A DNA stretch of 62,794 nucleotides, filler included, from Rhabdomonas costata (GCA_019059605.1; 49 parts of 49 records of this genome joined end to end with filler, not necessarily neighbours in it); one strand, 5' to 3'; positions 12,033 to 25,100 are shown, counted from the whole stretch's first letter. A program made the numbers and translations. Notes: generated from the letters alone by a model not told the origin.

Positions 12033-12737
12033 CACAAACGACACACACAACCGCAACCTCAAGCAGGAAGCACATTATCCTCAAACTCTTTCATGCGGCA
12101 CCTAAAACTGGCTTGAGTTGACCAACCTCCTAGCAAGTCAAAGCACATCGAGAACAGATGAGAAATAAGCCTTATCATGACATTGCAAAATAAAAACGGA
12201 TGAGACTAGCTCTACGCGCTTGCTTCAAGGCTCTTGTGTACAGCACTATGTACAAAACTCGTCATGTGGTTACTCCAAACACTTTTTTGTCATTCTGTGT
12301 TTTCGGAATGTATAATACACCACTTCCTCAAACTTTGTCGCACTAATATACACATCAGCTGGCAAATTAATTGCTTGCAAACTATTAATTTCTACCTACA
12401 AGCCACACACACCGATGTACTTCATCTCCGCTAGCAGCGGCCGCGTGAGCATCAGAAGTTTCATCATATATGTATCATTTCATCACAAACGACACACACA
12501 ACCGCAACCTCAAGCAGGAAGCACATTATCCTCAAACTCTTTCATGCGGCACCTAAAATTGGCTTGAGTTGACCAAGCCAACCTCCTAACAAGTCAAAGC
12601 ACACCAAAACAGATGAGAAATAAGCCTTATCATGACATCGCAAAATAAAAACGGATGAGAATAGCTCTACGCGCTTGCTTCAAGGCTCTTGTGTACAGCA
12701 CTATGTACAAAACTCGTCATGTGGTTACCCCAAACCC
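12033..12737 (+). repeat. Direct repeat of about 250 bp at 451-bp spacing (12033-12280 and 12484-12737)
   Basis: cacaaacgacacacacaaccgcaacctcaagcaggaagc...gtcatgtggttac occurs twice with several substitutions and small indels. The second copy is cut by the contig end. Confidence 0.9.
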
Positions 12738-12837
12738 NNNNNNNNNNNNNNNNNNNNNNNNNNNNNNNNNNNNNNNNNNNNTTAATTAATTAANNNNNNN
12801 NNNNNNNNNNNNNNNNNNNNNNNNNNNNNNNNNNNNN

Positions 12838-13375
12838 TGCGGTCTTCCACAGGGAAGCTGGGGTCAGGAAACCGGTCGTGAACCACCACCCACCTCAGGT
12901 CGAGCTCCTCGCACAGCGCAAGAGCGTGTCGGTGAGGGCTCGGGTCCAACGACCTGTGCTGTCTTGTAGCAGCGCTGTGTACTCCTCCTCAGTGTACTTG
13001 AACACCCTAAAGCAAGCACAAACACCCGCAGATTTAGTTTTTCACTCCTACATCAAAAAACCCGCATCTATTATTATTATTATTATTGGGTATTTTTGCG
13101 CCATGCCTACTTTTTGCACCAGACCCACTGAGGCATAAAACAAAGGATAAGAATAAACACAAAGGCTTCTTCACTATGAGAGTCAGAAAAATAAGAGAAG
13201 AAAAGAAAATGGATCCATCGGTCGCCAGGTAAAAGGCTGCGTATGGTGGAAGGTTAGTAAACCGAATCTTCTTGTCCAGGGCACGGAGGTGGTCGTCATA
13301 GGAGTCCTTTTGGTCTGCCCGAACCCATCTCCACAGAAGCAGGCGATCCTCCTTTGGCCGCGAGGAGCACTTTAT
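12838..13375 (-). CDS. DMAP1: DMAP1/Swc4/Eaf2 SANT-domain protein, two exons (13375-13263 and 13006-12838), with an apparent 1-nt frameshift near 12922
   Basis: Spliced reading LLLWRWVR..DKKIR|VFKYTEEEYTALL..WTRALTDTL(F)ALCEELDLRWVVVHDRF..VED matches the DMAP1 SANT motif. The GT-AG intron joins CG|G in phase. Confidence 0.85.
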
Positions 13376-13611
13376 CTGCACCCCCCCCCCCCTCCCCAAG
13401 TTGAGGCGAACGCGCTCAAAAGCCTACGAACCAGTCCTACCACTTCGCTTCGGAGGACCCACAACTTCAATGCGCGGCGCAAAGTCTCAGGAAGCTTGCT
13501 CAGGACTCTAACTTGCATCCACATCGGTGTGCGACCGTACGAGTTGCTGCTTCTCAGAAACACACCCTGGATACACACTCTGGGGTTGAATACTGTACAG
13601 AGCGTGCGGTT

Positions 13612-13915
13612 GGCACATAGCGCGGTGGCTGTTGCCTGACTGGTTGTTGCTGAACGCTGCGGACTGACAGGCGCACGCACTGTTGGCCACAGGTGCTCTC
13701 GAGAGGTACCTTCACTGCGAACAGTACCATCGGGTACCAGCTCACCAACATGTGTGTTGGGCGCATTGCGCGCTGGCTGTTGCCTGGGTGACTGGTTGAC
13801 TGGTTGGTGGTGACCACTGGGGACTGACTGGCGCACGCGCTGTTGGCCACGGGTGCTCGCGAGAGGTGCCGTTGGAGCGAACGGTGCCGTGGGGAACCGA
13901 AATCGGCTCACCACC
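13612..13915 (+). repeat. Two diverged tandem copies of a unit of about 150 bp
   Basis: ggctgttgcctg...gactgac.ggcgcacgc.ctgttggccac.ggtgctc.cgagaggt.cc occurs at about 13626-13710 and 13775-13870. Confidence 0.75.
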
Positions 13916-15736
13916 GAACGTTCCACATCTGGTAACCTCCCATCTGCCCCACGGGTCCCGGGCCATTGTCGCGCAGCTGCTCTTTTCCACCGGCTACCTG
14001 CATTGCTCCATTGCGGCTCAGGTCNNNNNNNNNNNNNNNNNNNNNNNNNNNNNNNNNNNNNNNNNNNNTTAATTAATTAANNNNNNNNNNNNNNNNNNNN
14101 NNNNNNNNNNNNNNNNNNNNNNNNGCAGCTGCTCCAGCCCGGGTGCGGGCGAGGGAGGGCTCGCTTGGACTGGCATCGTTTGGTTATGGGTTTTGTGTGC
14201 CCCGCTGTTCACCGGCCTGTCATGCGCGGATGCAAGCAAGATACCCTTCCAGCAGACGCATACGGGGTAAAATATCTTCAGTGCACGAATGCACCGTGGA
14301 TAACACCCACGAGAAGTACCAAGACTAACACGGCGTGAGTCACCTTTCTGGGCAGTGCATGGTGGATAGCAAAATTAGAACCACATGTACAAGAGATGTA
14401 CAAGAGATGTACAGGAGATGCAAACGGTAGTTCATCGTGACAGGTTTCCCGACGTTAAAGGTACTCCAGGCAACCGGATACCATGACGGAAAGGCCAGTG
14501 AAGTTATAACAAAGTGAGTGTGACAAACCATCTAGACATCTAAACAAAGATGTACGGTTTCTCAGAAATGAGATTACACGCTCAAGCTGAGGTACTGGCC
14601 AGAACCACGTGTGGTGCACTTAATCAATGCTCATAGAAAGGTGACAGGAGGGCAGCAAATAATTGAAACAAAGGCTTGACGCTGAGGTAAGGACTTCACA
14701 GCTCATCATAAAGTGTCCAAGGCACCCACTTAAAATTGTCGCTAATCAAATACCCAAAGCGACATCAAGACTCTGCGCCTCTTTTTCCGGGTGGGTCACA
14801 TCACTCACTCATGGGTACGTACCGTTCGTTCTCGTCCACATTATTGTAGGTTAGAGTGGATCGGAAGTTGTGAGTCCGTACTCGTACATCCGTGCTTGCC
14901 ATGCTAACAAGCTAAGCAACGCAACGGAGTGCTACCCTCTGTGTCCGTGCTGCCCTCTAATAATGCACAGGGGGACATGGCGGCTCATCCAGTTACCTAC
15001 CCAGCCATCCAGTGGGTCACTCACATCATGAGGACACCACACACACACAGTTCATAATAAGGTGGAGACGACAGGTTCACAACCAGTGGAGGGAGACTCA
15101 GCGTGAGGAGCACTAGGCTGGGTAACGAAACCATTCAGCAAATGAAGGTGGATATCTGAGAGCTCGTTCAGAGTAGGACGTGGACTTCGGTGGCCCCATG
15201 TGTTTTCCTGTAGACGCAGAGTCATGGCACGGAGCCAAAAAAAACACCTCTGGGATTCCTGAAGAGTGCTGTCCACGCGGCGCCACATCCTCCATACACC
15301 CACACACCNNNNNNNNNNNNNNNNNNNNNNNNNNNNNNNNNNNNNNNNNNNNTTAATTAATTAANNNNNNNNNNNNNNNNNNNNNNNNNNNNNNNNNNNN
15401 NNNNNNNNGTTTTGGGGTGGGGTGGGGGGTCTGTATTTCGACGTTATGAAGAATGAAGAATCGAAATTTCTGGAGCTGCAAGGCGTCGGTGTTTAAGAAG
15501 GCACTGGGAGCGTGAGCGGAGGGGTTGAAGGAGAAGTTTCCCCTTCCCGCTGACACGGTCCCGTCTCTCTGTCGAAGGTTGCCGCGGTCGAGCAGCGTTG
15601 TTTGCCTGTTTATTTCCTCTGGTTGTCGCTCTTTCGTCCCACTCAAGCGGGCACGCGAAGCGAGAACAAAGTCTCGGAGTCTCGGAGTTTCCAGCTCTCA
15701 TTATGCAAGCCTATTGGGAGTGCAGATGAGCAGTTA

Positions 15737-15800
15737 TTCTGATTTCTTATTCTTATTCTTATTCTTATTCTGATTCTGATTCTGATTCTGATTCTGATTC
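15737..15800 (+). repeat. Compound hexamer microsatellite (TTCTTA)n(TTCTGA)n
   Basis: Read directly from the sequence. Confidence 0.95.
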
Positions 15801-15862
15801 ACGCTGTGGCAGCTGTGGTTCCGACCCGTTCCGCAACAGTTCGGTTGTCCCTCTTCCATCAG

Positions 15863-16283
15863 AATGCGACGCAGCAGTGCTTGCTGACCCCACCGGGGTG
15901 GTGGTCACCAGCCAAGGATGACAACAAGTACCCGTGCGACGGCTACCCTCTGAACAGCTCGTGCTGGTTCCTCTTCAACGGATCCAGGACCCCGAACTGC
16001 CCCTTTGAGTGCAGTGTGTACCCCCTACATTTTGTCATCGCACGTACCATTCAGTATCTGCTTTACTGCGTTCTTTTCCACTTTCCTGCTCGTCTTGCTC
16101 CCGCCTTGCGTTGTGCCTTTTATTTCCTGTGTATACCACCTGCTCATGATGGCTCTCCAATATTGTTTCTGCTGCAAAGTATGCCTCTGAGATGTGGAGT
16201 GGTTTGCATCTCTTTCCTTTTTCAAGGAACGTACACCCCCACCTTGACGCCGACGCGAACCCTGACGTCCTCTACAATTCCAG
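15863..16283 (+). CDS. Two exons (15863-16013 and 16227-16283) of a Cys-rich, Thr/Pro-rich extracellular protein
   Basis: CLLTPPGWWSPAKDDNKYPC..CPFEC spliced in phase (A|GA) to RTYTPTLTPTRTLTSSTIP, with GT-AG borders. Confidence 0.6.
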
Positions 16284-16711
16284 GTACTGGGTCGGGTGTT
16301 CTCATTCTTCATTCTGTGCTGAACAGCTCCTTCAGCGCCGTTTTTGCTGAGGTTATCTGTGATGCGGCGGAGGTTCTCCACCTCCGCGGTGGACGACCTT
16401 GAAGATAGTGCACACGGTAAGCAGAAGCAAGTCTGCATTTGTGCAGCTTGTCAAATCCGCCTTCCCTTTGGCAAAGTGCGATAATCCTGTTTCTGTTTGC
16501 ACCTCCGCCCACGGCTTGTTGGCTTGAAACAGAAACAGGATTATCGCACTTTGCCAAAGGGAAGGCGGATTTGACAAGCTGCACAAACCCACNNNNNNNN
16601 NNNNNNNNNNNNNNNNNNNNNNNNNNNNNNNNNNNNTTAATTAATTAANNNNNNNNNNNNNNNNNNNNNNNNNNNNNNNNNNNNNNNNNNNNGTGTCATG
16701 GGATTTCGCAG

Positions 16712-17227
16712 GTCACTGTGTGGAATCGGTGCATCGTTAGCGGGTTTGCCGATGGGTCGATCCGCATCTGGGCTGTAACGCAAGAGACGCCCTGCCTAAG
16801 GTTGCTATACTCAATGAAGTCCCACCGCGAGGCCATTTGCTGTCTCTCGGTGGTACCCTTTGGTGGGTTGGGGCAGCAATGCTTGCTCAGTCTCTCGAGG
16901 GATGGCTCGTTGTCTCTCTGGAACGATTCGGGAGCAGAGCTTGCCAGGCCCGTTGGGGTGCTTGGCTTTCGACACCACTGCGGCTGCGGTGGGGGGCCTG
17001 GTTTCGTTTTCACAGGCTGCCTGGACGGCACCGTGCGAGTTTGGGACACGTCCACGATTCCCCAAGTGGAGCATGGGGCAGCCGCCGCCCTGGATGGATC
17101 TCCATCGTGGGACCAACCCAGGGTAACTGGCCGCTTGATCGGACCAAAAAGAGTCACAGCGGTCGCAGTGGTCAGGGGATTGTTGTTTTGTGGAACTGCA
17201 GATGGGTCGGTTTCTATTTGGGCATGA
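16712..17227 (+). CDS. Terminal exon, WD40-repeat protein
   Basis: Four repeats: SGFADGSIRIW, SLSRDGSLSLWN, TGCLDGTVRVWD, GTADGSVSIWA*. Acceptor tcgcag| at 16711. Confidence 0.88.
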   Translation, partial: VTVWNRCIVSGFADGSIRIWAVTQETPCLRLLYSMKSHREAICCLSVVPFGGLGQQCLLSLSRDGSLSLWNDSGAELARPVGVLGFRHHCGCGGGPGFVFTGCLDGTVRVWDTSTIPQVEHGAAAALDGSPSWDQPRVTGRLIGPKRVTAVAVVRGLLFCGTADGSVSIWA

Positions 17228-17982
17228 TGGCTCCTGCGAGGTAGCCTAGGAGTGCTTCTGAGCACTGCGTGCGTGCGTGCGCTGCTTTGGTAGATGCCGT
17301 GCTTTGCTTGGGATCCAATGGACATTGTCTGTTTGAGCGCATGGCACTGTGTATCTCTGTCGAAACTCTTTGAGCCTCTTCCACGGGGCTATGGCGGACG
17401 TTTTTCCTTTCATTTTTTCTTCGTTTCGTTTTTCAAATTTGCCGTTTTGGAAATGCCGTCGGTGCTTTATGTTGCAATTTCAGTCTGACATTTGTGTTGA
17501 TTACGGCGGTGTTAGATATTTTTGCAAGAGCTGAACCCTCCCTCGACCTGAGCTCGGCACAGGTCATTTTTGGTCAGGGAGAATGAGGCGTTTAATATTT
17601 ACCGATTTTAGGGGAAGACTTTTAATGTGCTAGCGATGGGGATGCGTCTCTGTCCCCTGCAATTTCCCGCTCGTAGCCGTAGCCGTAACCGTAGCCTTCT
17701 TATTTCGGCCCACACAGCCGCTTTACTCTCGAATGTATGCCTCTGCATTTGTCCACCACCCCGCTATTCCTCGCGCACGACAGAGCTCAGCAGCAGAATC
17801 AGCGACAGAGGCTTGATGATTCGATAATAATTTCTAAGCTCATGATCGTATTCCATGCCCCAACCACACCCAACACNNNNNNNNNNNNNNNNNNNNNNNN
17901 NNNNNNNNNNNNNNNNNNNNTTAATTAATTAANNNNNNNNNNNNNNNNNNNNNNNNNNNNNNNNNNNNNNNNNNNNGTTGTT

Positions 17983-18944
17983 GAAGGCCTGGGGGGTGTT
18001 GCGGCTGTCCTCTGAGGTGTACCCCGCGTTGCTGTTGAACTTGCGGAACTTCCCCTGCAGCATGGGTTCACCCGCCATCACGGGGCTCCCGGGCAGTTCC
18101 ACTCGCTCGATCAGGAAGGCGTCGAGGAACTTCACGGGCTTCGGGGGCGCCGGGCGCTGGGCGTTGTAGTACTCCGCAAACTTCTGGCACGTCGCCTGCA
18201 CAATCACGTCGGTCTCGTACATCGAGCGCTCCTCCTGTATGCACAAAGGCAAGCATCGGTGGAGGGCCATCCCAGGATCGATGCGCAAAAGCAACTGACC
18301 ACATGCACTTCCCTCTTTCCCACATTTTAGTTGGTGCTGGAGTTCATTTTGAGGGGTGAAGCGACCATGGGCGGCACACGCCTGGCCCAAACACGGGCAA
18401 ACGCGCCGAGGAGGTAGGGCAGTGGATTTCATTTCATTCGATTTCATGTCATTGAAATAAATGCAAAAAAAATATACTCAATGAAAGATTAGTCTCTCGG
18501 TGGGTTTGTGGAGGCCTTTCCTTCCCAAAGGAAAAGTTCCGTTTTAAAAAAGACCAGCGATGAAACCTCTAGACCAAAAAACTCGGGCAACAACTCTCCG
18601 GTAGACCTTGAGACGACAAAGCAACAGCTCTCTGTGGGCACTGGTGCGGGGGCAAAGGATAGAGCACGGACCTCGGGCTCCAGGCTGAGCTTGGCAACAA
18701 AGACCCCAGGCTCGCCGTGGATGGTCATGTAGTAGGCCTCGCGGCACACCCCTTTGCTGAAGGGTGTGGAGTCGATCTCCACAATGACGTCCTTGCGCTT
18801 CCACTGCATGGTCTGGTAATCGTACGTCACCTTCACGGCGCGCTCGGGACGCTTCACCCAGGGCCCGACCCTCCTCTGCCGGTTTCGGGCCAAGTGGGTG
18901 AAGCCCGGGGTGTGGAAGGCGGGGATGTTGACCAGCGCATTCAT
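17983..18944 (-). CDS. Alpha-kinase (eEF2K/MHCK family), exons 18944-18672 and 18234-about 17983, 3' truncated
   Basis: Motifs PFSKGVCREAY, FVAK, YETDVIVQ..CQKFAEYYN, PPKPVKFL, GKFRKFNSNAG and RNTPQAF. The GT-AG intron is phase 0. Confidence 0.93.
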
Positions 18945-20076
18945 CGTTGTGGGTGCAAGCAAATGCACAGGGTGGCAGAACACTATGCGAATGGAAGGAA
19001 ACAAAGACGTTGGATTGAAGACGTCCCGAGAGCTTTTGCTGACCTATGGACCTCCTTGGCCGACCTTTTTCTGTTCGCACTCTGATCCGTACCATTATCG
19101 TACCGGCTGCTCTTTTGAAAGAAAGATGTCTGCAACTGCAGTAGCCTCACCCCAAAACACNNNNNNNNNNNNNNNNNNNNNNNNNNNNNNNNNNNNNNNN
19201 NNNNTTAATTAATTAANNNNNNNNNNNNNNNNNNNNNNNNNNNNNNNNNNNNNNNNNNNNGTTTTTGGGTATGAAACTCTCCAATAGGGTTTGGGACGAA
19301 ACCTTGTCCCCCCGCTCAGCCAGCAATCCACCCACTGCTCTCCGGGCTTGAGGTTTCGTCCCAAACCCTATTGGAGAGTTTCATACGCAAAAAGGGCAAA
19401 ATGGGAGCGGCGAAGGGCTGGGCGGGGTTTTGTATCTGCCGTTTGCCTGCTGAGCTGTCTTTCCCATGTGGAAGCAGTCTCTCAGTGGTACATCCTCGAA
19501 CGTGGAACGCGAAGGTTGGGACATGGGCACATTTGTCAACTTGCTGTCATGTAGGTGTGCTCTCCGGCCTTGTGTTTCTCCCAGTCGATCTCATTGCAAT
19601 GTTCACTAGCTTGCACAGACATACACTTAAGAAATGACTGCAATTTTGCGTTCAGAGAAGCCTCAGACAACAAAATCCGCAGCGTCAACCGGAAAAACAC
19701 AAACACGCATGGGCAGAGCATGTGGGATGGTAACTAAATGAGACCTTTCGGGCTCATCTGGGAAAGGAAATAAGTCCTTCCTGCAATGCATTGTAAAAGG
19801 TCTCAACCCCTCACATATTTGCTCATGCGCTTTACTCCCTGTACTCCTGTATATTGTCCGTTTAGAAGCAAGTGAGAAGCGCGGTTCAAGAAAAAACATT
19901 ACTCCTCTTGAGTTTCTGCAAATCGGGGTTTTTTGGAACCATTGAAAATGTGATCTTCAGAGCCATGTGTTTTAGAGACGGCCTTAAACAAATTATGATG
20001 GTTGCCCTGAACGTTGTCTGGATCTTCCCGAAACGGATCCGGCCGTGGTGTACGGCCTCTGGAATGGTTTACGCAG

Positions 20077-20193
20077 GTGGTGGTGGAGCAGATCCCTCGG
20101 GTGGCAGGGCTCTGTGGGCTGAGTCTAACCCGCCGCGCGGATGGCAGCTCCATGGTTCGCTTGTGGCTCCGCAACTCTCGTGATGCTAGCCTG
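20077..20193 (+). CDS. Internal exon, possibly an eIF4E-family C-terminal region
   Basis: cgcag|VVVEQIPRVAGLCGLSLTRRADGSSMVRLWLRNSRDASL|gt is 39 codons and loosely matches eIF4E GEQ..ICG.V..R....I.IW. Confidence 0.35.
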
Positions 20194-21312
20194 GTTGTTG
20201 TGAACCCCCTACTTCTGTCCCTCGGTCCTCCTCCAGCAAGTCTTCCAATGCGTCTTTCTCTTCAGAAGCGAAGAGTGGCGGGGCTCCCTCTGGAGAGGCC
20301 GCCAGCATTGCGGGAGCATCATACACGGAGCCATGCCCCTTGTACTCCCGGAACCTCCCACTTCCCCCCAGCACGGGCCTGGAGTACTCTGGGGGCCAGC
20401 CCACGGTATCGCTAAAGCGGCCGTGGACGTTTTGACCCCCCAACNNNNNNNNNNNNNNNNNNNNNNNNNNNNNNNNNNNNNNNNNNNNTTAATTAATTAA
20501 NNNNNNNNNNNNNNNNNNNNNNNNNNNNNNNNNNNNNNNNNNNNGGTTTTTGGCAGCAAATTCTCGTGTCTGTGTTTTTTGCTTATCTGCTTTTCTCATT
20601 GCCCATCTGAGCCATGGCCAGAATGGCCCAAAAACATTCACTCGACAAAGCTGCACCCCAAGGGGTTAACATGATGATGTGATGATGTGATGTGGAGATG
20701 CAAACGGGACCAGAAAGGGGTCGAAGCAATATCTGTAAAAAAAATGTCTGTATTCAAGGGCGCAGGAAGGGGGCAAGAAGGAACCGCGCCATTCATCATG
20801 TTGTGCAGTCCAGGTGAGATATGTCTTGGCATCACCCCCGTTTCCATCGACACTCCGCCTTAGTCATTGCACACTTGCCTCGCATTAGTACCTTTTGTTT
20901 CTTTTTTTGCCTCTGCGACTTCCGCAGCCGTGGGGACAAGGCTCAGTCGCCGTACCGCTGGCCCTTGTACACCGGAAGCGCTGCCCCGTGCTATACAGGC
21001 CGCAGCTCCGCGAGCCGCGCCGTCCCCCTCGCGCAGCCCTCCGCATGCGTGTTCCCTGTGCCAGCGCCCCACACTCATTCAGAACGCCCTTGTGCAACCT
21101 CTGCGTTGCCCTGGGGCTCTCACGCTGGTTCAAGCGCCCCCCCCCCCACACACCGACTCAGGGGCGCATCTGAAGTTGGGGAAGGTTCTCTGGGTATGGA
21201 TTACCGGATTGTCGGCCCACCAGAAGATATGCGACCCCGTCACCTCAAAGGAGAAATTGTACTCGTTGTGCATTTAAGTTTCGCGAGGGGCGGGTTCGGC
21301 GTACGCGGACCT

Positions 21313-21382
21313 CGTTCGTTCGTTCGTTCGTTCGTTCGTTCGTTCGTTCGTTCGTTCGTTCGTTCGTTCGTTCGTTCGTTCG
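21313..21382 (+). repeat. (TTCG)n microsatellite, about 17 units
   Basis: Perfect tetranucleotide run. Confidence 0.97.
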
Positions 21383-21927
21383 TGCATTTAAGTTCTCTGT
21401 TTCGGAACAAAGTAAAAAGTGGTAAAGAGTGAGACCGCCCAAGGTCCAAAGATAGCTTTTTCTTTGACGTAGTTTGGTTACAATGTACCTCTTCGCATTG
21501 ATTCTTTTACTGCTCTGCGCGGTATTTTTCCGAGCCCGTTTGGTAGTCAAGTTGCTTGGACATGCTGAGCCAGTAGGAGCAAGCTTGTGAATGTATGTTC
21601 ATGTGCTTTTACGTTGTACGTTCATTTCACAGTGAATTCCGAGCCCTGTGCACCTCGTGCTGCCCAACACTGCGTCCGCGTTTCCACGGTCGCGACGACG
21701 TACGCTGCAAGTGCATTCAGCAGGTTGGNNNNNNNNNNNNNNNNNNNNNNNNNNNNNNNNNNNNNNNNNNNNTTAATTAATTAANNNNNNNNNNNNNNNN
21801 NNNNNNNNNNNNNNNNNNNNNNNNNNNNGTTGGGTTGTAACAATAGAAGAGCAGTGCACGAAGAAGGGCAACTAAAATGAACAGAAATGGACAAATCAGG
21901 ATAGCATTTGTCTACATGGGAGCGAAC

Positions 21928-22107
21928 CTCCACAATGTCGGCGAAATATGCCCCTGGATTAAGCAGCACAAATCTGAGGCGGTTCCGGGTCGGGTCACTT
22001 GGGCAGGTGGTCAGCACAATGCGGCCGTCCACGTCTGACGCCCCCAGGGCGCCCAGAAACCGCCCCACAGCGTGCAGCTGGGAGTTGTGGAAGTCCTTCA
22101 GCGAGTA
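21928..22107 (-). CDS. DDX11: Exon of Chl1/DDX11 Fe-S DNA helicase
   Basis: FLGALGASDVDGRIVL...LRFVLLNPGAYFADIVE matches the segment preceding helicase motif III (AGGTM). The exon is 60 codons with ag|...|gt borders. Confidence 0.8.
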
Positions 22108-25100
22108 CTTCGAAGAGAAGGGGCGAAGCAATGTGAAAAGACTACAATCCCAGTTAGCCCACGTGGACGTCACGAAAACCGGTGCGAGCCTCCCATCCAA
22201 CCCTTTATTCATTTCATCATCTCAGGTCAATCTTTCTTTTCTTTTTTGTTTTAAATCCTTGTGGCTATTTACATTTGTTGGGCATCGACATTGCGAGGGA
22301 ACGGACATGCACAGCCTTTCGGAACCAAGGGCCATAGTGTGGCGAACCAAAGTTGTGCGCAGTAGCAAGTGGGCTCCTGCAGAGAATAACGCACAACGAC
22401 GGAAAGGAAGCCCTATCGCCTGGCTACGGGGCGGGGCATCCAGAAGTGAGGACGGGCTATACAATGGTGCGATGGGTGGGTATGCAAGCTGCGCTAGGCC
22501 GAGTCTCTTGGTCACTCGAACCAACCACTCTATATATGGCCTATATAGAGGCCTATATCGCTGTGAAAGGGGGCCGGAGTAGTGGCAACGCACACCCACA
22601 CGCACTCACACATGCCTCGGCTCCGTCATGCCCGCCAACAACCGCTGTGTCACCACCTGCAAACAAAGCATAGTGTGTCGGTCCGAGGGCAGGGTGAATA
22701 TAAATTAAGAGACAGCACACGGCAGCGATGGTGCGAAGAGGACCAGGCAATTATAAAAACATACCATTTAGAAGAAAAAAGAGTGGCTACACCGAAGCAG
22801 GCCTGGGGTCTTTTTTACATACAGCAAGCCTCCAAAACGCTGCAGGTCCTTGGGGTTGGGGGTTTGCTGAGCTTCCACCCTCGTCCGGCACTTTCGTACC
22901 CCTTTCGTATCCCGCACTTCTTGCTCCACGCAGCGGAGATGCAACGACGGCACTCATGACGCATTTGAGTCCGAGGGGACAGAGCACCACAACACCAAAC
23001 TCACCTAACACANNNNNNNNNNNNNNNNNNNNNNNNNNNNNNNNNNNNNNNNNNNNTTAATTAATTAANNNNNNNNNNNNNNNNNNNNNNNNNNNNNNNN
23101 NNNNNNNNNNNNGTGTTTTTGTCTTTGACGAAACAAAAAAATGACCGCCCACCAGCAGCGGAGGAGGCGGGCTTGGGCACAGCGCGGGGGAGGGGCCCCC
23201 CATTGGGGCCGGGATGTCCCCCCGGGCCCAATTCGAGCAGCTGGTGGGCGGTCATTTTTTTGTTTCGTCAAAGACAAAGAGAGAGAGAGACACACACACG
23301 GGCAGGGTGGGAAAATAGAGGAGCAAGTTTTTCCGAAAGGGCAAAGAAGAGCACTGAGAGAGAAGGACGGCGCAGAAGGTGTGCCAGTGACGTTTCCGGT
23401 GAAAAAGATAAGTTCGGGTGAGACTTTGCAGGGGTTCGGAGAGCTTTCGAATGGGCTTGACTCGTTTTATGGTATGGCATAAACTAATTATCGCCCGAAT
23501 TCCTCGAGGTGATCCTTTCACCAGCGGCGGCTAGTGGTAGACGACTAAACAAAACAAGAAAAAGAGACTCAATCCCGATGCTCACAGTTCTACGCTCCCG
23601 TCTTCATCAAAACACCAACAAAAGACTGCAAGTTTGGGATGTGAAGTGTGCTCTCATAGGTTTCCAGCAGAATCTTTGAAAAAGTTCGGAGACGATGGCG
23701 GTGCAAAGAATGTAATGAGCAACCAGTTAGGGCTGGGAGGGGAGTACGATGCATCTTTGAAATCGGCAAGAATTGGGGATTACAGTATTCGCATGTTTTT
23801 GTTCCACTGATGTCCACATTGCAGTGCGACACAGCACATCGCATTAGTATTGCCCATATCCGGAGTTGGCAAAGTTACAAATAGCCGATAGTTTTCAAGT
23901 TTTTTTATCTCGATTTATTCATGTTTCCGCTGTTTTTCTTTGCTTAGCGAGACAATTTTTAAATAGTTGTTCCACTACCCTCGGGTTTTACCCATTTTGC
24001 GTTTGGTTTTTGACTTCTGAGCCTTCCTTTCATTTGACAAGGCCACCACCGATAACAGCGCCGCGGAGCACACAGCTGTCTTTCAGTGGTGCTTTACTTT
24101 CTTCTTTCCCTCAGTACAAATCTCAAAAAAGTGAGAAAAGGAATTGAAGAGGGGAGAGACAGGAGAGAGAGGCAGCCCAGAGAGGTCAAGTTTCGGTGTG
24201 GGCATAATCTAACCAGAGAACTGCAGAGACATGAAAAAAGACGGTAGGCGTGTGTGAGAGGGAAAGTTCGGAAAGCAAAGCGACAAACCAAAAAAANNNN
24301 NNNNNNNNNNNNNNNNNNNNNNNNNNNNNNNNNNNNNNNNTTAATTAATTAANNNNNNNNNNNNNNNNNNNNNNNNNNNNNNNNNNNNNNNNNNNNGGGT
24401 GGTGGCGAAAATGTATTTTGTAGCAGGACAACGAAAAAAAGAGAGAAGGGAAAATAAGTACGTCTGTGTGCGCGTTCCGGATGAGCCGGTACCATGTTCG
24501 TGTGATCTGGCATGTGTGTATAACTGTGTGCCCCAAGCCCCAGTTCTTACGGTCTTGAGCTCATTTTCACCAAATAAATATTTTGGACACACGGCACACG
24601 GAACTGCAGCAGCAGCTGCGCTGCAACACCAGTGCAGCAATGAAATCAGGAAAGCTGAGTTTCTTCTTTACCATGAAAACATTGAGTTTAAACTCTTTGG
24701 TGTTGACTGAAGGAGAATGCGCCCCAGTTTTTTCTGTTGGCTCACTCCTGGTGCGGGAGGTTCCAGTGCGGCCTCGGCCGAAGAAACACCTCTCAGATCT
24801 TGCTCCCCGCTCAGTCCTGTGGACAAACAGCAAAAGGACCAGGGAATTCACCACCTCAAGGAAAGGCCCAGTAAAATTTCTTTAAAAAAAGCCAGTGAAC
24901 CGCCAGTAGCCGAAGCAGGCTGGGGTGCTTCGCACGTACAGTGGGCCTCACAAAACGCTGCATGCCCGGTCCTTTCACCGTGCCCTTCATTCCTTTTCCC
25001 TCCACTCCTTTGCAGGTTTGCCGCGAGTACTGGGTGCATAAAATCCCCAAAAAATAGGTCCCACCCGCCTATCTCCCTTGCCATTTCCATCCCGTTCCCC

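Noticed and set aside
20821..21550. ORFs with RSFV or NERT repeats
   Set aside because: They are translations of the (TTCG)n microsatellite.
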